DNA of 52,664 bases from a virus (taxonomy: Duplodnaviria; Caudoviricetes), in IMG/VR virus record IMGVR_UViG_3300031211_000007, positions 1 through 52,664 of that record. One strand, 5' to 3'. Positions 1 to 7,218 of the stretch are shown here, piece by piece. The number at the start of each line of letters is the position of its first letter. The first letter of the stretch is position 1. The position numbers and the translations under genes were made by a program. Below the pieces are notes generated by a model. It was not told the DNA's origin. It did no database searches and worked only from the letters and a program-made list of their open reading frames with translations.

Positions 1-6
1 ACACTA

Positions 7-384
7 TTATACTTTCAATACATATGCTTTACAGAAGTTTTTCATAACTTCATTAATATTTTTAACTCTAACCAAACCTTCATTTGCAAAGGTGTATAAT
101 GGTTTATCTTTTTCGAGGTACTCATCGCTGCTGTCTTCCGTGTTAACCCTTAGCAAATTTGAATTTGTCTCTCTCATCTCTTCAATCAATTCGTTGTGGG
201 TGTCAATGTAACCTGAATCGGTTTTGCCTATTGTCTCAAGGTCTAACATCCCTGCCCATACTTTAGCCACATCGTTTGAAATAAACCAAGTTTCATCTCC
301 TTTGCTACTTTTAGTAAATGAAAATCTATAGTCGAACGGTAAAACTAATGGTACTAAATCTAATATGGTTTCTTTTTTTAACAA
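7..384 (-). CDS. hypothetical protein
   Basis: 125-aa ORF whose start overlaps the upstream stop; no recognisable motif. Confidence 0.75.
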   Translation of the reverse strand: MLKKETILDLVPLVLPFDYRFSFTKSSKGDETWFISNDVAKVWAGMLDLETIGKTDSGYIDTHNELIEEMRETNSNLLRVNTEDSSDEYLEKDKPLYTFANEGLVRVKNINEVMKNFCKAYVLKV

Positions 385-626
385 CTATTTCCATAATAAA
401 ATACTTTGTTTATTTGTTTTAGTGTTTCTTTGCTCGGTTCGTCTTGTAAGACCTCATGACTCCTTTGCTTATGAAGTAAGCAGTTATTCTCAAAAGTCAT
501 ATCATTGGACATTACTTTATCTTTCACTTCCCTCCACTTAACGGATGTTGGCAAACCTTCGAACTTCATATACATATAATCTTTGATGTTAATGTCATTG
601 ATTCTAATCAGGGTTTCTTTTTTCAT
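378..626 (-). CDS. hypothetical protein (start revised to MKKETL)
   Basis: ATG at 626 follows the conserved leader of promoter 645-690; the track's start at 647 lies inside the promoter. Confidence 0.75.
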   Translation of the reverse strand: MKKETLIRINDINIKDYMYMKFEGLPTSVKWREVKDKVMSNDMTFENNCLLHKQRSHEVLQDEPSKETLKQINKVFYYGNSC

Positions 627-644
627 TGTGTTTTGATTACGATA

Positions 645-690
645 CAAATATAAGAATAATATCTTGTTTATTATGTTAATGAAATGTTAA
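645..690 (-). promoter_or_regulatory. repeated cassette promoter, copy 1
   Basis: TTAACA-TTTCA-TTAACA-N21-TATATTTG on the minus strand; TAnnTTTG is the Bacteroidota primary-sigma -7 element. Confidence 0.85.
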
Positions 691-692
691 AA

Positions 693-962
693 CTATAAAT
701 GGGTAGTATGTCCACAATCTAAGCATTCGATATAAGCTTTACCGCCTTGAGTTACCGCCACGGTCTCATCAGCTAACATCATCCAACGAGTTTCTTTTTT
801 ATTAGTTATCCCCTCGTCTTTACAATTAGGACATTCAGCATCCCCAAGCCTTTCTTTCATTGTAGGCATATATTTAGTATCAACTAAATTAGGGTATGCA
901 CTTTCAAGTACCTCTTTGTCATTCTTCATCGGCTTAAGTACCGCTTGATAAAACTTTGCCAT
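693..962 (-). CDS. zinc-ribbon protein (start revised to MAKFYQ)
   Basis: CPNC...CLDC pairs; ATG at 962 follows promoter copy 2. Confidence 0.75.
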   Translation of the reverse strand: MAKFYQAVLKPMKNDKEVLESAYPNLVDTKYMPTMKERLGDAECPNCKDEGITNKKETRWMMLADETVAVTQGGKAYIECLDCGHTTHL

Positions 963-986
963 TATCTTGTGTTTTTGATTACAATA

Positions 987-1032
987 CAAAGATACGAATA
1001 ACATTCGGTTTAAACTGTTAATGAGATGTTAA
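987..1032 (-). promoter_or_regulatory. repeated cassette promoter, copy 2
   Basis: TTAACA-TCTCA-TTAACA-N21-TATCTTTG. Confidence 0.85.
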
Positions 1033-1034
1033 AT

Positions 1035-1316
1035 TTATTCACTATAAAAGTCTGGGTTATTTACGTGCTGGTTATAGTATTCTTTAATCTCTTCAATGCT
1101 TTCCTTAAATTCATCTGTCAAGGTTATAACATCCCCATTTTCTCCACGCTCTTCGATGCATTCTTGATGAAGGTCAAATATACCCTTTAACCAATTATTC
1201 TCTGCCTGAAGCAAATCTAATGCCCTTTTACTGTATAGATACTCTTCAACTAATATCTCTTTCTTAACCCTTAATAATGATTTAACATTCTTGTTGCTTT
1301 TATCTAGTTCGCCCAA
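1035..1316 (-). CDS. hypothetical protein
   Basis: 93-aa ORF with TTG start downstream of TATCTTTG (1333-1340). Confidence 0.7.
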   Translation of the reverse strand: MGELDKSNKNVKSLLRVKKEILVEEYLYSKRALDLLQAENNWLKGIFDLHQECIEERGENGDVITLTDEFKESIEEIKEYYNQHVNNPDFYSE

Positions 1317-1332
1317 TTTAATAGTGTTTAGG

Positions 1333-1385
1333 CAAAGATAACAAAATTAAATGTAATATCAAAGGTTTAGGACACTTTCGTGTAC
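1333..1385 (-). promoter_or_regulatory. second-type promoter with ACAC-N4-GTGT-CCTA element
   Basis: TACACGAAAGTGTCCTA upstream of TTTG...TATCTTTG; the same element recurs at 1775-1826. Confidence 0.6.
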
Positions 1386-1388
1386 TAT

Positions 1389-1421
1389 AAAAAAAAGGGA
1401 TAGCCCACAACAGCTATCCCT
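1389..1421 (-). terminator. intrinsic terminator
   Basis: AGGGATAGC/GCTATCCCT stem followed by a U-run on the minus strand. Confidence 0.7.
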
Positions 1422-1448
1422 CACACTAATCAAAACACAGAATAAACC

Positions 1449-1754
1449 CTATTTGTTTTGTATTTCCTTTGCAATATCTTTTAAGTGATTATGGAATTTA
1501 GTAAAGTCTTCCAAACTCTCCCTAACCGTAAAGTTACTTTTATATAATGGGTCTTGAATATAAGTAGTTACCTGCTCATCCACATCAAATTCGTTAGCTA
1601 TCTCAATAAAAGACTTAGTGTTGAGGTCTTCAAAATAAAATATCATATCTACACCACCATCAGTCCATTTCTCAATCTCAGCTGAGTTCCCGTGAATCTC
1701 ATGTATTATAAAATCATTACTCTCTAAAACCTTAATTAATTCATCTCTACTCAT
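1449..1754 (-). CDS. hypothetical protein
   Basis: 101-aa ORF with its own promoter and a downstream terminator. Confidence 0.75.
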   Translation of the reverse strand: MSRDELIKVLESNDFIIHEIHGNSAEIEKWTDGGVDMIFYFEDLNTKSFIEIANEFDVDEQVTTYIQDPLYKSNFTVRESLEDFTKFHNHLKDIAKEIQNK

Positions 1755-1774
1755 AGTATTTATTTTTTAGTTCA

Positions 1775-1826
1775 CAAAGATAATAAAAACCTAGGACTCT
1801 TCCAAGCCCTAGGACACTTTTGTGTA
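1775..1826 (-). promoter_or_regulatory. second-type promoter with ACAC-N4-GTGT-CCTA element
   Basis: TACACAAAAGTGTCCTA upstream of TATCTTTG. Confidence 0.6.
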
Positions 1827-1828
1827 TA

Positions 1829-2389
1829 TTAGTAATTTTGTATTTGTGTTAGTTTGAACTCAGCCGTATATCTACCGCCGTTATGTTTTCTACAGCAATT
1901 CCCACAGGCTGATAGTCTCTTTTTTCTTCTGTGGCTTGCAGTTTCCTCACCGCAATTATGACACTTTAACGTGTATTTAGATTTATTTACATCTACTTTA
2001 GTACTCCCACATCTTTCCCCATCACATCCGATTGATAATGCAATAGTCCTCCAATGCCAATCGTGGTTGGATTTACCTCTAATCTCTTTGTCTATTGCGT
2101 GGGCTATTTCGTGTAGCATTGTATTTTCCCAATCCGCAAGTGTCTCACTAGAGTTTTGAATTAACCACATAGATAATTTTATCTTTTTATCAACTAAGGT
2201 AGTAACACCTAAACCTTTACGTATACGTCTTGAACTACATACGCCAAAAGAACTTTTTTTATTGTTAAATTCGAATCTCCAATTTAGCTTATTCATGTTG
2301 AATACTTGACCCTGAACCTCAAAGTCTGTAGCCATTAATTTAGATGTCATTTCTCTAACTTTCGATAGTGTAAAATCTTGTTTTCTCAT
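1829..2389 (-). CDS. SprT-like zinc metalloprotease
   Basis: FGVC, TMLHEIAHA, NHDWHW and C-terminal CHNC/CGNC zinc ribbon. Confidence 0.85.
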   Translation of the reverse strand: MRKQDFTLSKVREMTSKLMATDFEVQGQVFNMNKLNWRFEFNNKKSSFGVCSSRRIRKGLGVTTLVDKKIKLSMWLIQNSSETLADWENTMLHEIAHAIDKEIRGKSNHDWHWRTIALSIGCDGERCGSTKVDVNKSKYTLKCHNCGEETASHRRKKRLSACGNCCRKHNGGRYTAEFKLTQIQNY

Positions 2390-2412
2390 TGTGTGTGTGT
2401 TTGATTATGATA

Positions 2413-2458
2413 CAAAGATACAAATAATATTTAGTTATTTATGTTAATGAAATGTTAA
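2413..2458 (-). promoter_or_regulatory. repeated cassette promoter, copy 3
   Basis: TTAACA-TTTCA-TTAACA-N21-TATCTTTG; first TTAACA supplies the TAA of the upstream gene. Confidence 0.85.
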
Positions 2459-2694
2459 ATAATTTTACCAATGTATTTATTGATGTCATTGCCCGCCATT
2501 TGTTTAGCCCTTGCAATAAATTCATTACGGCTAACATACATTAGAGTATCTTTAACTTTCTCATCAAACCAATATGATACTCCCTCATCTTCCGTATGTT
2601 CCAGCAGAATATCGTTTGTGACGTTATATAAACCATCACTCATACCAATCCCTTTATTTAAACTGAATTGACCTACTTTTCTTAAAATTTCCAT
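2455..2694 (-). CDS. hypothetical protein
   Basis: 79-aa ORF between promoter copies 4 and 3. Confidence 0.75.
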   Translation of the reverse strand: MEILRKVGQFSLNKGIGMSDGLYNVTNDILLEHTEDEGVSYWFDEKVKDTLMYVSRNEFIARAKQMAGNDINKYIGKII

Positions 2695-2720
2695 AGTGTA
2701 AATGTGTTTTGATTACAGTA

Positions 2721-2766
2721 CAAAGATACAAATAACATCCTGTTTATTATGTTAATGAAATGTTAA
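2721..2766 (-). promoter_or_regulatory. repeated cassette promoter, copy 4
   Basis: TTAACA-TTTCA-TTAACA-N21-TATCTTTG. Confidence 0.85.
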
Positions 2767-2785
2767 AGTTTAAATTAATTCACTT

Positions 2786-2852
2786 AAAAAAAAAATAGGC
2801 GTAGGTTGGAGTCTACTCTTCCAGTGTTGATGTTACACTGCGCCCGTCGTCC
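2786..2852 (-). ncRNA. candidate ~67-nt structured small RNA
   Basis: GC-rich island directly after promoter copy 5, no ATG ORF, three stems (GGC/GCC, CAGUGU/ACACUG, GUAG/CUAC), ends in U10. Confidence 0.6.
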
Positions 2853-2856
2853 AATA

Positions 2857-2902
2857 CAAAGATAAGAATAAACATTGGTTATTTGTGTTAATGAAATGTT
2901 AA
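2857..2902 (-). promoter_or_regulatory. repeated cassette promoter, copy 5
   Basis: TTAACA-TTTCA-TTAACA-N21-TATCTTTG; lacks the protein-gene leader seen in the other copies. Confidence 0.85.
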
Positions 2903-2918
2903 AACTATTAAAATTAAA

Positions 2919-2975
2919 TTAACAAACCTTTAACAGTTATTTGCATTGTAGAACCTATTAATATTTCTATCTTTG
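2919..2975 (+). promoter_or_regulatory. repeated cassette promoter, copy 6 (divergent)
   Basis: TTAACA-AACCT-TTAACA-N32-TATCTTTG. Confidence 0.8.
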
Positions 2976-3001
2976 TATCATAATCAAAACACATTTACAC
3001 T

Positions 3002-3121
3002 ATGGGAATTTATGAAATTGAGACTTTAATTGAGGTTAGTGACGTTGACGGAGTTTGGAGTATGTTAAATGATATGGGCGACCTTGAAGGAATGGCTTAT
3101 ATTGAAGGGAAATACTTTTAA
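3002..3121 (+). CDS. 39-aa acidic peptide (not in ORF track)
   Basis: MGIYEIETLIEVSDVDGVWSMLNDMGDLEGMAYIEGKYF; fills the space between promoter copies 6 and 7. Confidence 0.7.
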   Translation: MGIYEIETLIEVSDVDGVWSMLNDMGDLEGMAYIEGKYF

Positions 3122-3174
3122 CAAAATATTAACACTTTTTTGCATTACAGAACCTATTAATATTTGTATCTTTG
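3118..3174 (+). promoter_or_regulatory. repeated cassette promoter, copy 7
   Basis: TTAACA-AAATA-TTAACA-N32-TATCTTTG. Confidence 0.8.
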
Positions 3175-3199
3175 TATCATAATCAAACACACAAAAACT

Positions 3200-3346
3200 A
3201 TGAACACTATCAAAAACCAAGTTAAAAGTTACTTAACTCACTTAAAAGTTTATTTAGAACTTTATATTTTTGTTTTCTTTGTTGTAACTGCATTACTCGT
3301 TGTAATGGCTTATTTAAACTTTTTTATTAATGAATTGTTATTTTAA
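3200..3346 (+). CDS. 48-aa single-pass membrane protein (start revised to MNTIK)
   Basis: hydrophobic LYIFVFFVVTALLVVMAYL; ATG after the conserved leader. Confidence 0.7.
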   Translation: MNTIKNQVKSYLTHLKVYLELYIFVFFVVTALLVVMAYLNFFINELLF

Positions 3347-3388
3347 CACTTCATTAACAATTTAAACTAAATATTATTTGTATCTTTG
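3343..3388 (+). promoter_or_regulatory. repeated cassette promoter, copy 8
   Basis: TTAACA-CTTCA-TTAACA-N21-TATCTTTG. Confidence 0.85.
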
Positions 3389-3418
3389 TACCATAATCAC
3401 ACACAAAAACCCAATACT

Positions 3419-4078
3419 ATGAATACTCAAAACACAAATTTCTTAGATTTCTTACTTACTTTAAACGGTTTAAATGGTGCTTCAATAGTTAGTATCAAAG
3501 ATTATTTCGTAGATGCTAACAGAAAAGCGAGTAAATGCATTGTAAGTGGTTACAAAAACATTACTATCAATGTCAATGTCAATAGAGAGAGACAAAAAGA
3601 CAAAAACAAAGAAACTCTATTGAATTTAGATAGAGAAGCATTTTTTAATCAGTTTGTTAATGGCAAAGATGATAAATTTACTTTTGACGTATTCAATAAG
3701 GCGGTAAACGCTTTAATTGACCAAACTACAAAAGTAGGTGGTAAATTATCAAATGGTAAAATTAAAACCGAAAGAACAAACGGACAGCAAAATCAACTAG
3801 ATACTTATACAAATATCAGCAAAGGCTTAAAAATACATAACGAGACAAAGCAAGTTTATATAAGTGGTAACTTTCAAACTTCTAGCAAATCAGATAAAGG
3901 AAATTTACCACAATACAGAAAAACCAATAAGCAAACCAAAACTAAAATTCAGGATATTCTTAAAAATGAACTAAATTTAAAGAGTTTTCAATATAGAACT
4001 TTAGTATTAAGTAATACGGAACTAATTAAAACCTCTGGCGTTCAGTTTAACGGACAAAAAATTACTATCGGACTGTAA
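3419..4078 (+). CDS. hypothetical basic protein (start revised to MNTQN)
   Basis: 219-aa ORF after promoter copy 8. Confidence 0.8.
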   Translation: MNTQNTNFLDFLLTLNGLNGASIVSIKDYFVDANRKASKCIVSGYKNITINVNVNRERQKDKNKETLLNLDREAFFNQFVNGKDDKFTFDVFNKAVNALIDQTTKVGGKLSNGKIKTERTNGQQNQLDTYTNISKGLKIHNETKQVYISGNFQTSSKSDKGNLPQYRKTNKQTKTKIQDILKNELNLKSFQYRTLVLSNTELIKTSGVQFNGQKITIGL

Positions 4079-4119
4079 GTAAACTATATCTGAAACAAGT
4101 CCTTACAAACCATTAAAAT

Positions 4120-4148
4120 GAGCCTATTAAGTTAGGCTTATTTTTTTT
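4120..4148 (+). terminator. intrinsic terminator
   Basis: AGCCTA/TAGGCT stem followed by a T-run. Confidence 0.6.
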
Positions 4149-4215
4149 ACCTTATAATAAAAACTTTAACACTATATAGTTGCATATGTCAAGAATCCAT
4201 ATAAGACGTTCTAAC

Positions 4216-4443
4216 TACCCCTCCCCCCGCAGGAGACCCTATATACCCCTCCCCCCGTATACCCCCTTACGTATACCCCTATAGGGTCGCTCATATATGG
4301 CAGTCGGACCTACACGTAAATTTTTTTCAGAAATTTTTAGCAAATCTTAAGACCCCTTTTTTATACGTCGAAACATTACCCCTAAAAAAAAAAGGCACCC
4401 CTTCTTATATACAGAATCCAAAATTTTTTTCAGAAATTTTTTG
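4216..4443. repeat. non-coding C-tract / ACCCCT repeat region, candidate replication origin
   Basis: about seven ACCCC(C)T motifs, duplicated TACCCCTCCCCCCG, duplicated AAATTTTTTTCAGAAATTTTT. Confidence 0.55.
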
Positions 4444-4461
4444 GCCCTTTTTTAAGGTCGG

Positions 4462-4493
4462 TTTGTATATGTGGATTCTTTTACGTATATTTG
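4462..4493 (+). promoter_or_regulatory. canonical Bacteroidota -33/-7 promoter
   Basis: TTTG-N20-TATATTTG. Confidence 0.7.
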
Positions 4494-4519
4494 TCTCCTA
4501 ACATTAAAAAGATATCATT

Positions 4520-4690
4520 ATGATTGCAACAGCTTTAATTGTTACAGCATTCTTTTTCACATTCAATGTGACATGGGATAAGATATATTTCAAGAGATAT
4601 AATTGGGTAAACAATTTACTCCTATCTTTATTAACCACCCTTATTATGTTTTACATACTTGATTTGGCATATACTTATTGGTATGTTTGA
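4520..4690 (+). CDS. 56-aa membrane protein (not in ORF track)
   Basis: MIATALIVTAFFFTF...LLLSLLTTLIMFYILDLAY; two hydrophobic segments. Confidence 0.65.
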   Translation: MIATALIVTAFFFTFNVTWDKIYFKRYNWVNNLLLSLLTTLIMFYILDLAYTYWYV

Positions 4691-4691
4691 T

Positions 4692-4784
4692 ATGATGATG
4701 AATCGGGATATCAACTGGAATTACAATATGGTCCTTTCGGCTGTGTTTGTTGTTCTATATATCATAATGAGTTCATTAAATTAA
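4692..4784 (+). CDS. 30-aa membrane peptide (not in ORF track)
   Basis: MMMNRDINWNYNMVLSAVFVVLYIIMSSLN; tightly packed between neighbours. Confidence 0.5.
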   Translation: MMMNRDINWNYNMVLSAVFVVLYIIMSSLN

Positions 4785-4790
4785 ATTGCT

Positions 4791-4967
4791 ATGTTTTTAC
4801 TACAGATATTTATGATTACTTTCCTTTTGCAAATGTTTATTTTAATAATCTTGACCTTATCTATATTTGGTGAGGTTAAATGGAAGTTTGTTTTATTATT
4901 TTCCATTTTTGTTGCGGCGGTATGTACCTTTGTTGTTTACGTATTGAAAGATGTGTTAATGCTGTGA
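4791..4967 (+). CDS. 58-aa two-TM membrane protein (not in ORF track)
   Basis: MFLLQIFMITFLLQMFILIILTLSIFGEVKWKFVLLFSIFVAAVCTFVVYVLKDVLML. Confidence 0.65.
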   Translation: MFLLQIFMITFLLQMFILIILTLSIFGEVKWKFVLLFSIFVAAVCTFVVYVLKDVLML

Positions 4968-4990
4968 TACTTATATATAAATCATAGGTT

Positions 4991-5299
4991 ATGGGAAATA
5001 CATTGAATGGTGTTGCAAGTAGTATTGCACGTTTTAGCAAAGAGGTATTGGTTAAGGTAATACCAGCACATGATAAGTTAAAGCATTTTTATATTGGTGC
5101 ATTGGGATATTATTTATTTGATATGTTCTTTGATTGCTTTACATCGCTTATTATGGTGCTATGTGGTATTGTTATATCGGAGATAGCTCAAAAGTTATCT
5201 GGTGGTAAGAATGATTTTAAAGAGATTGTGTTAGATATTATATTTACGATATTGCCAGCTTTGTTGAGCAATGTTGTTATTGAGTATGGATTAGTTTAA
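4991..5299 (+). CDS. membrane protein, VanZ/DUF2279-like
   Basis: HDKLKHFYIG...SEIAQK...DIIFT pattern with three hydrophobic segments. Confidence 0.65.
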   Translation: MGNTLNGVASSIARFSKEVLVKVIPAHDKLKHFYIGALGYYLFDMFFDCFTSLIMVLCGIVISEIAQKLSGGKNDFKEIVLDIIFTILPALLSNVVIEYGLV

Positions 5300-5317
5300 T
5301 TATTTAAAAAGAGGTAA

Positions 5318-5677
5318 ATGGCTACAATATTAAAGAAGAATTTGGTTAGGGAAACAACTGAGGTGGTACATGATAAAGAAATCATTGTTACATTGACCGT
5401 TGACCAAGAGGTTGAATTAAAGCTTAAGGGTACTAGGGGTTCTGGTGAGACCATAGGTATCAAAGAGTTATATGAACAGTTATATGGGTCTATTGAGGCT
5501 CAAAAGAGAGATGGACCTATAAGTACTTCTACGGTTAAATCTAAGAAAGGTGATAATAAGATGATTTCCCTATATGATTTAAGGACTCACAATGCGATAT
5601 CTACTTTAGATGTTGAGACATTATCTAAATTTGATGGTATCATTAAAAATTTGATAGATAGTCACAAAAAAAGTTAA
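5318..5677 (+). CDS. hypothetical protein
   Basis: 119-aa ORF. Confidence 0.75.
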   Translation: MATILKKNLVRETTEVVHDKEIIVTLTVDQEVELKLKGTRGSGETIGIKELYEQLYGSIEAQKRDGPISTSTVKSKKGDNKMISLYDLRTHNAISTLDVETLSKFDGIIKNLIDSHKKS

Positions 5678-5751
5678 AATCTTAGCAATTATACATAAAC
5701 ACCTGATTTTTAGGGTGATAATTTTATATTTATATAGTATACAATACAATT

Positions 5752-6030
5752 ATGTGTAATGTTGCCAAAGCTAAGAAATTATTAAAAAAAGTAAAAGACA
5801 GAACTGAAAGGGACTTATATTGCTTAAGAAATGCTTCATTAGAGTCTGTAAAGGTGGACTCTGACATGCTACCTACTATTGAAATCATGTGTAATGGCGG
5901 TGGATATAATTCTCCCTTGTATGAGGTTGACGGTAACATAAAGCTTAAGTACTTAAGTGATGAGAACAGTAAAACTTTGGCTTATCTAGCCTCTGAATAT
6001 TCCATCGTATTTGATTTAAGTAAACTTTAA
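5752..6030 (+). CDS. hypothetical protein
   Basis: 92-aa ORF preceded by TATTTATA (5727-5734). Confidence 0.65.
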   Translation: MCNVAKAKKLLKKVKDRTERDLYCLRNASLESVKVDSDMLPTIEIMCNGGGYNSPLYEVDGNIKLKYLSDENSKTLAYLASEYSIVFDLSKL

Positions 6031-6048
6031 CGTTTTAAAATATGATTT

Positions 6049-6630
6049 TTATTTCTTCTTAGTGGGTCTTTTTCTTTTGGCCTTTACTTTACCTTTATTC
6101 TTTTTTTTCTTTTTACGTTTCCATGTGGGTTTACCCAGCGTTTTGCTACGCAGTCCTTCATCGATTAGGTTTCTATCAACACCTAGCTTCTCGTTAAGTA
6201 TTTTAACGTTTAGTTTCCATTTAATCTTAGACCTTTCTTTATGTTCTTGGAAGCAGAATCCGACATATTTTTCTACGTCTTCCTTTTTCCATTTATTTAC
6301 TTTAGCTATGTGCGCATAGGCTTCTTTCTTTTTACCTATTGCTATGGTCCTACCTATATGTTTAACTTGATGACATCTAGGACATAGGCTTACTAATCCT
6401 TTAAGTAATTGTACACCATCTTTTTGGTAAATCCAAATTTCATGACATTCTAAATCATGTCTGTAACCTTGATTTGTACCCACGTCTTTACATATCTCGC
6501 ATTTGTGATTAGCTTTTGCGTAAGATTGTTTTCTAAGTCTATCCCATTCTTTTTTTGGTAATATGCTTCTGACGTTGGAGTAGAAGGATGTTGATGGGAC
6601 CAGTTCTATTTTAAGTTTTATTTTCGACAT
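6049..6630 (-). CDS. HNH endonuclease
   Basis: CEIC...LECHEIW...LCPRCHQVKH; Lys-rich C-terminal tail. Confidence 0.85.
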   Translation of the reverse strand: MSKIKLKIELVPSTSFYSNVRSILPKKEWDRLRKQSYAKANHKCEICKDVGTNQGYRHDLECHEIWIYQKDGVQLLKGLVSLCPRCHQVKHIGRTIAIGKKKEAYAHIAKVNKWKKEDVEKYVGFCFQEHKERSKIKWKLNVKILNEKLGVDRNLIDEGLRSKTLGKPTWKRKKKKKNKGKVKAKRKRPTKKK

Positions 6631-6657
6631 ATACTAATAAATATATGCGAGGTGCGA

Positions 6658-7140
6658 TTATGGTTGTATTCTCTGTAAAGTGTTTGAGTTGTATACTAAA
6701 AAGTCTTTAGTAAATTTATATCTTGGGACCATCCATCCTTTTGTTTCTGACGCTGGGTCACCAGCATTATCTTTAAAGATAAAATTTTGTTTATATTTTT
6801 CTATGATATCGAGTAGTTTATTCTTTCTTATATACCAGATTTCGTTAAGGTTTATGAAATAAGTTACAAACCATTCGGCTTCGCTAACCATGATACCAGA
6901 TTTTTTACCTCTACATTGCACCTCTACAAAAATATTACCAGTATCCCATGTTGGTTTGCAGAATAAATCTGTCTTTATTTCGTATTTTATATTTTTACCT
7001 TTCCTTCGTATAATGGCATCATATCGATTATCATCATTTTTGGATATCAGTTCACCACCAAGTTTTTTAAGGTGATTGATGACAAAGTCTTCCCCTTCCT
7101 TGCCCTCACTGAGGTCTTCTCTAAAACTGTAGTTCGCCAT
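6658..7140 (-). CDS. PD-(D/E)XK nuclease-like protein
   Basis: GKEGE...YD...YEIKTD...TGNIFVE...KSGI motif set. Confidence 0.7.
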   Translation of the reverse strand: MANYSFREDLSEGKEGEDFVINHLKKLGGELISKNDDNRYDAIIRRKGKNIKYEIKTDLFCKPTWDTGNIFVEVQCRGKKSGIMVSEAEWFVTYFINLNEIWYIRKNKLLDIIEKYKQNFIFKDNAGDPASETKGWMVPRYKFTKDFLVYNSNTLQRIQP

Positions 7141-7218
7141 AAGAAATTTTATTTAAAGATAACCCTTATTTATAAAAAAATCAAGATATTTATAGTAGTA
7201 AGCAGACAATAAAAGACA

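Noticed and set aside
2786-2852. tRNA, hammerhead ribozyme or purine riboswitch
   Set aside because: No T-loop or cloverleaf, CUGGAAGA is not CUGANGA and GAAA is missing, and the loops lack purine-riboswitch consensus.
645-3388. CRISPR array or integron attC array
   Set aside because: Repeats are degenerate, non-palindromic promoters separated by whole genes of variable length; no cas or integrase gene in the window.
5665-5685. Frameshift at CAC AAA AAA AGT TAA
   Set aside because: Only A7, and the -1 frame closes after three more codons.
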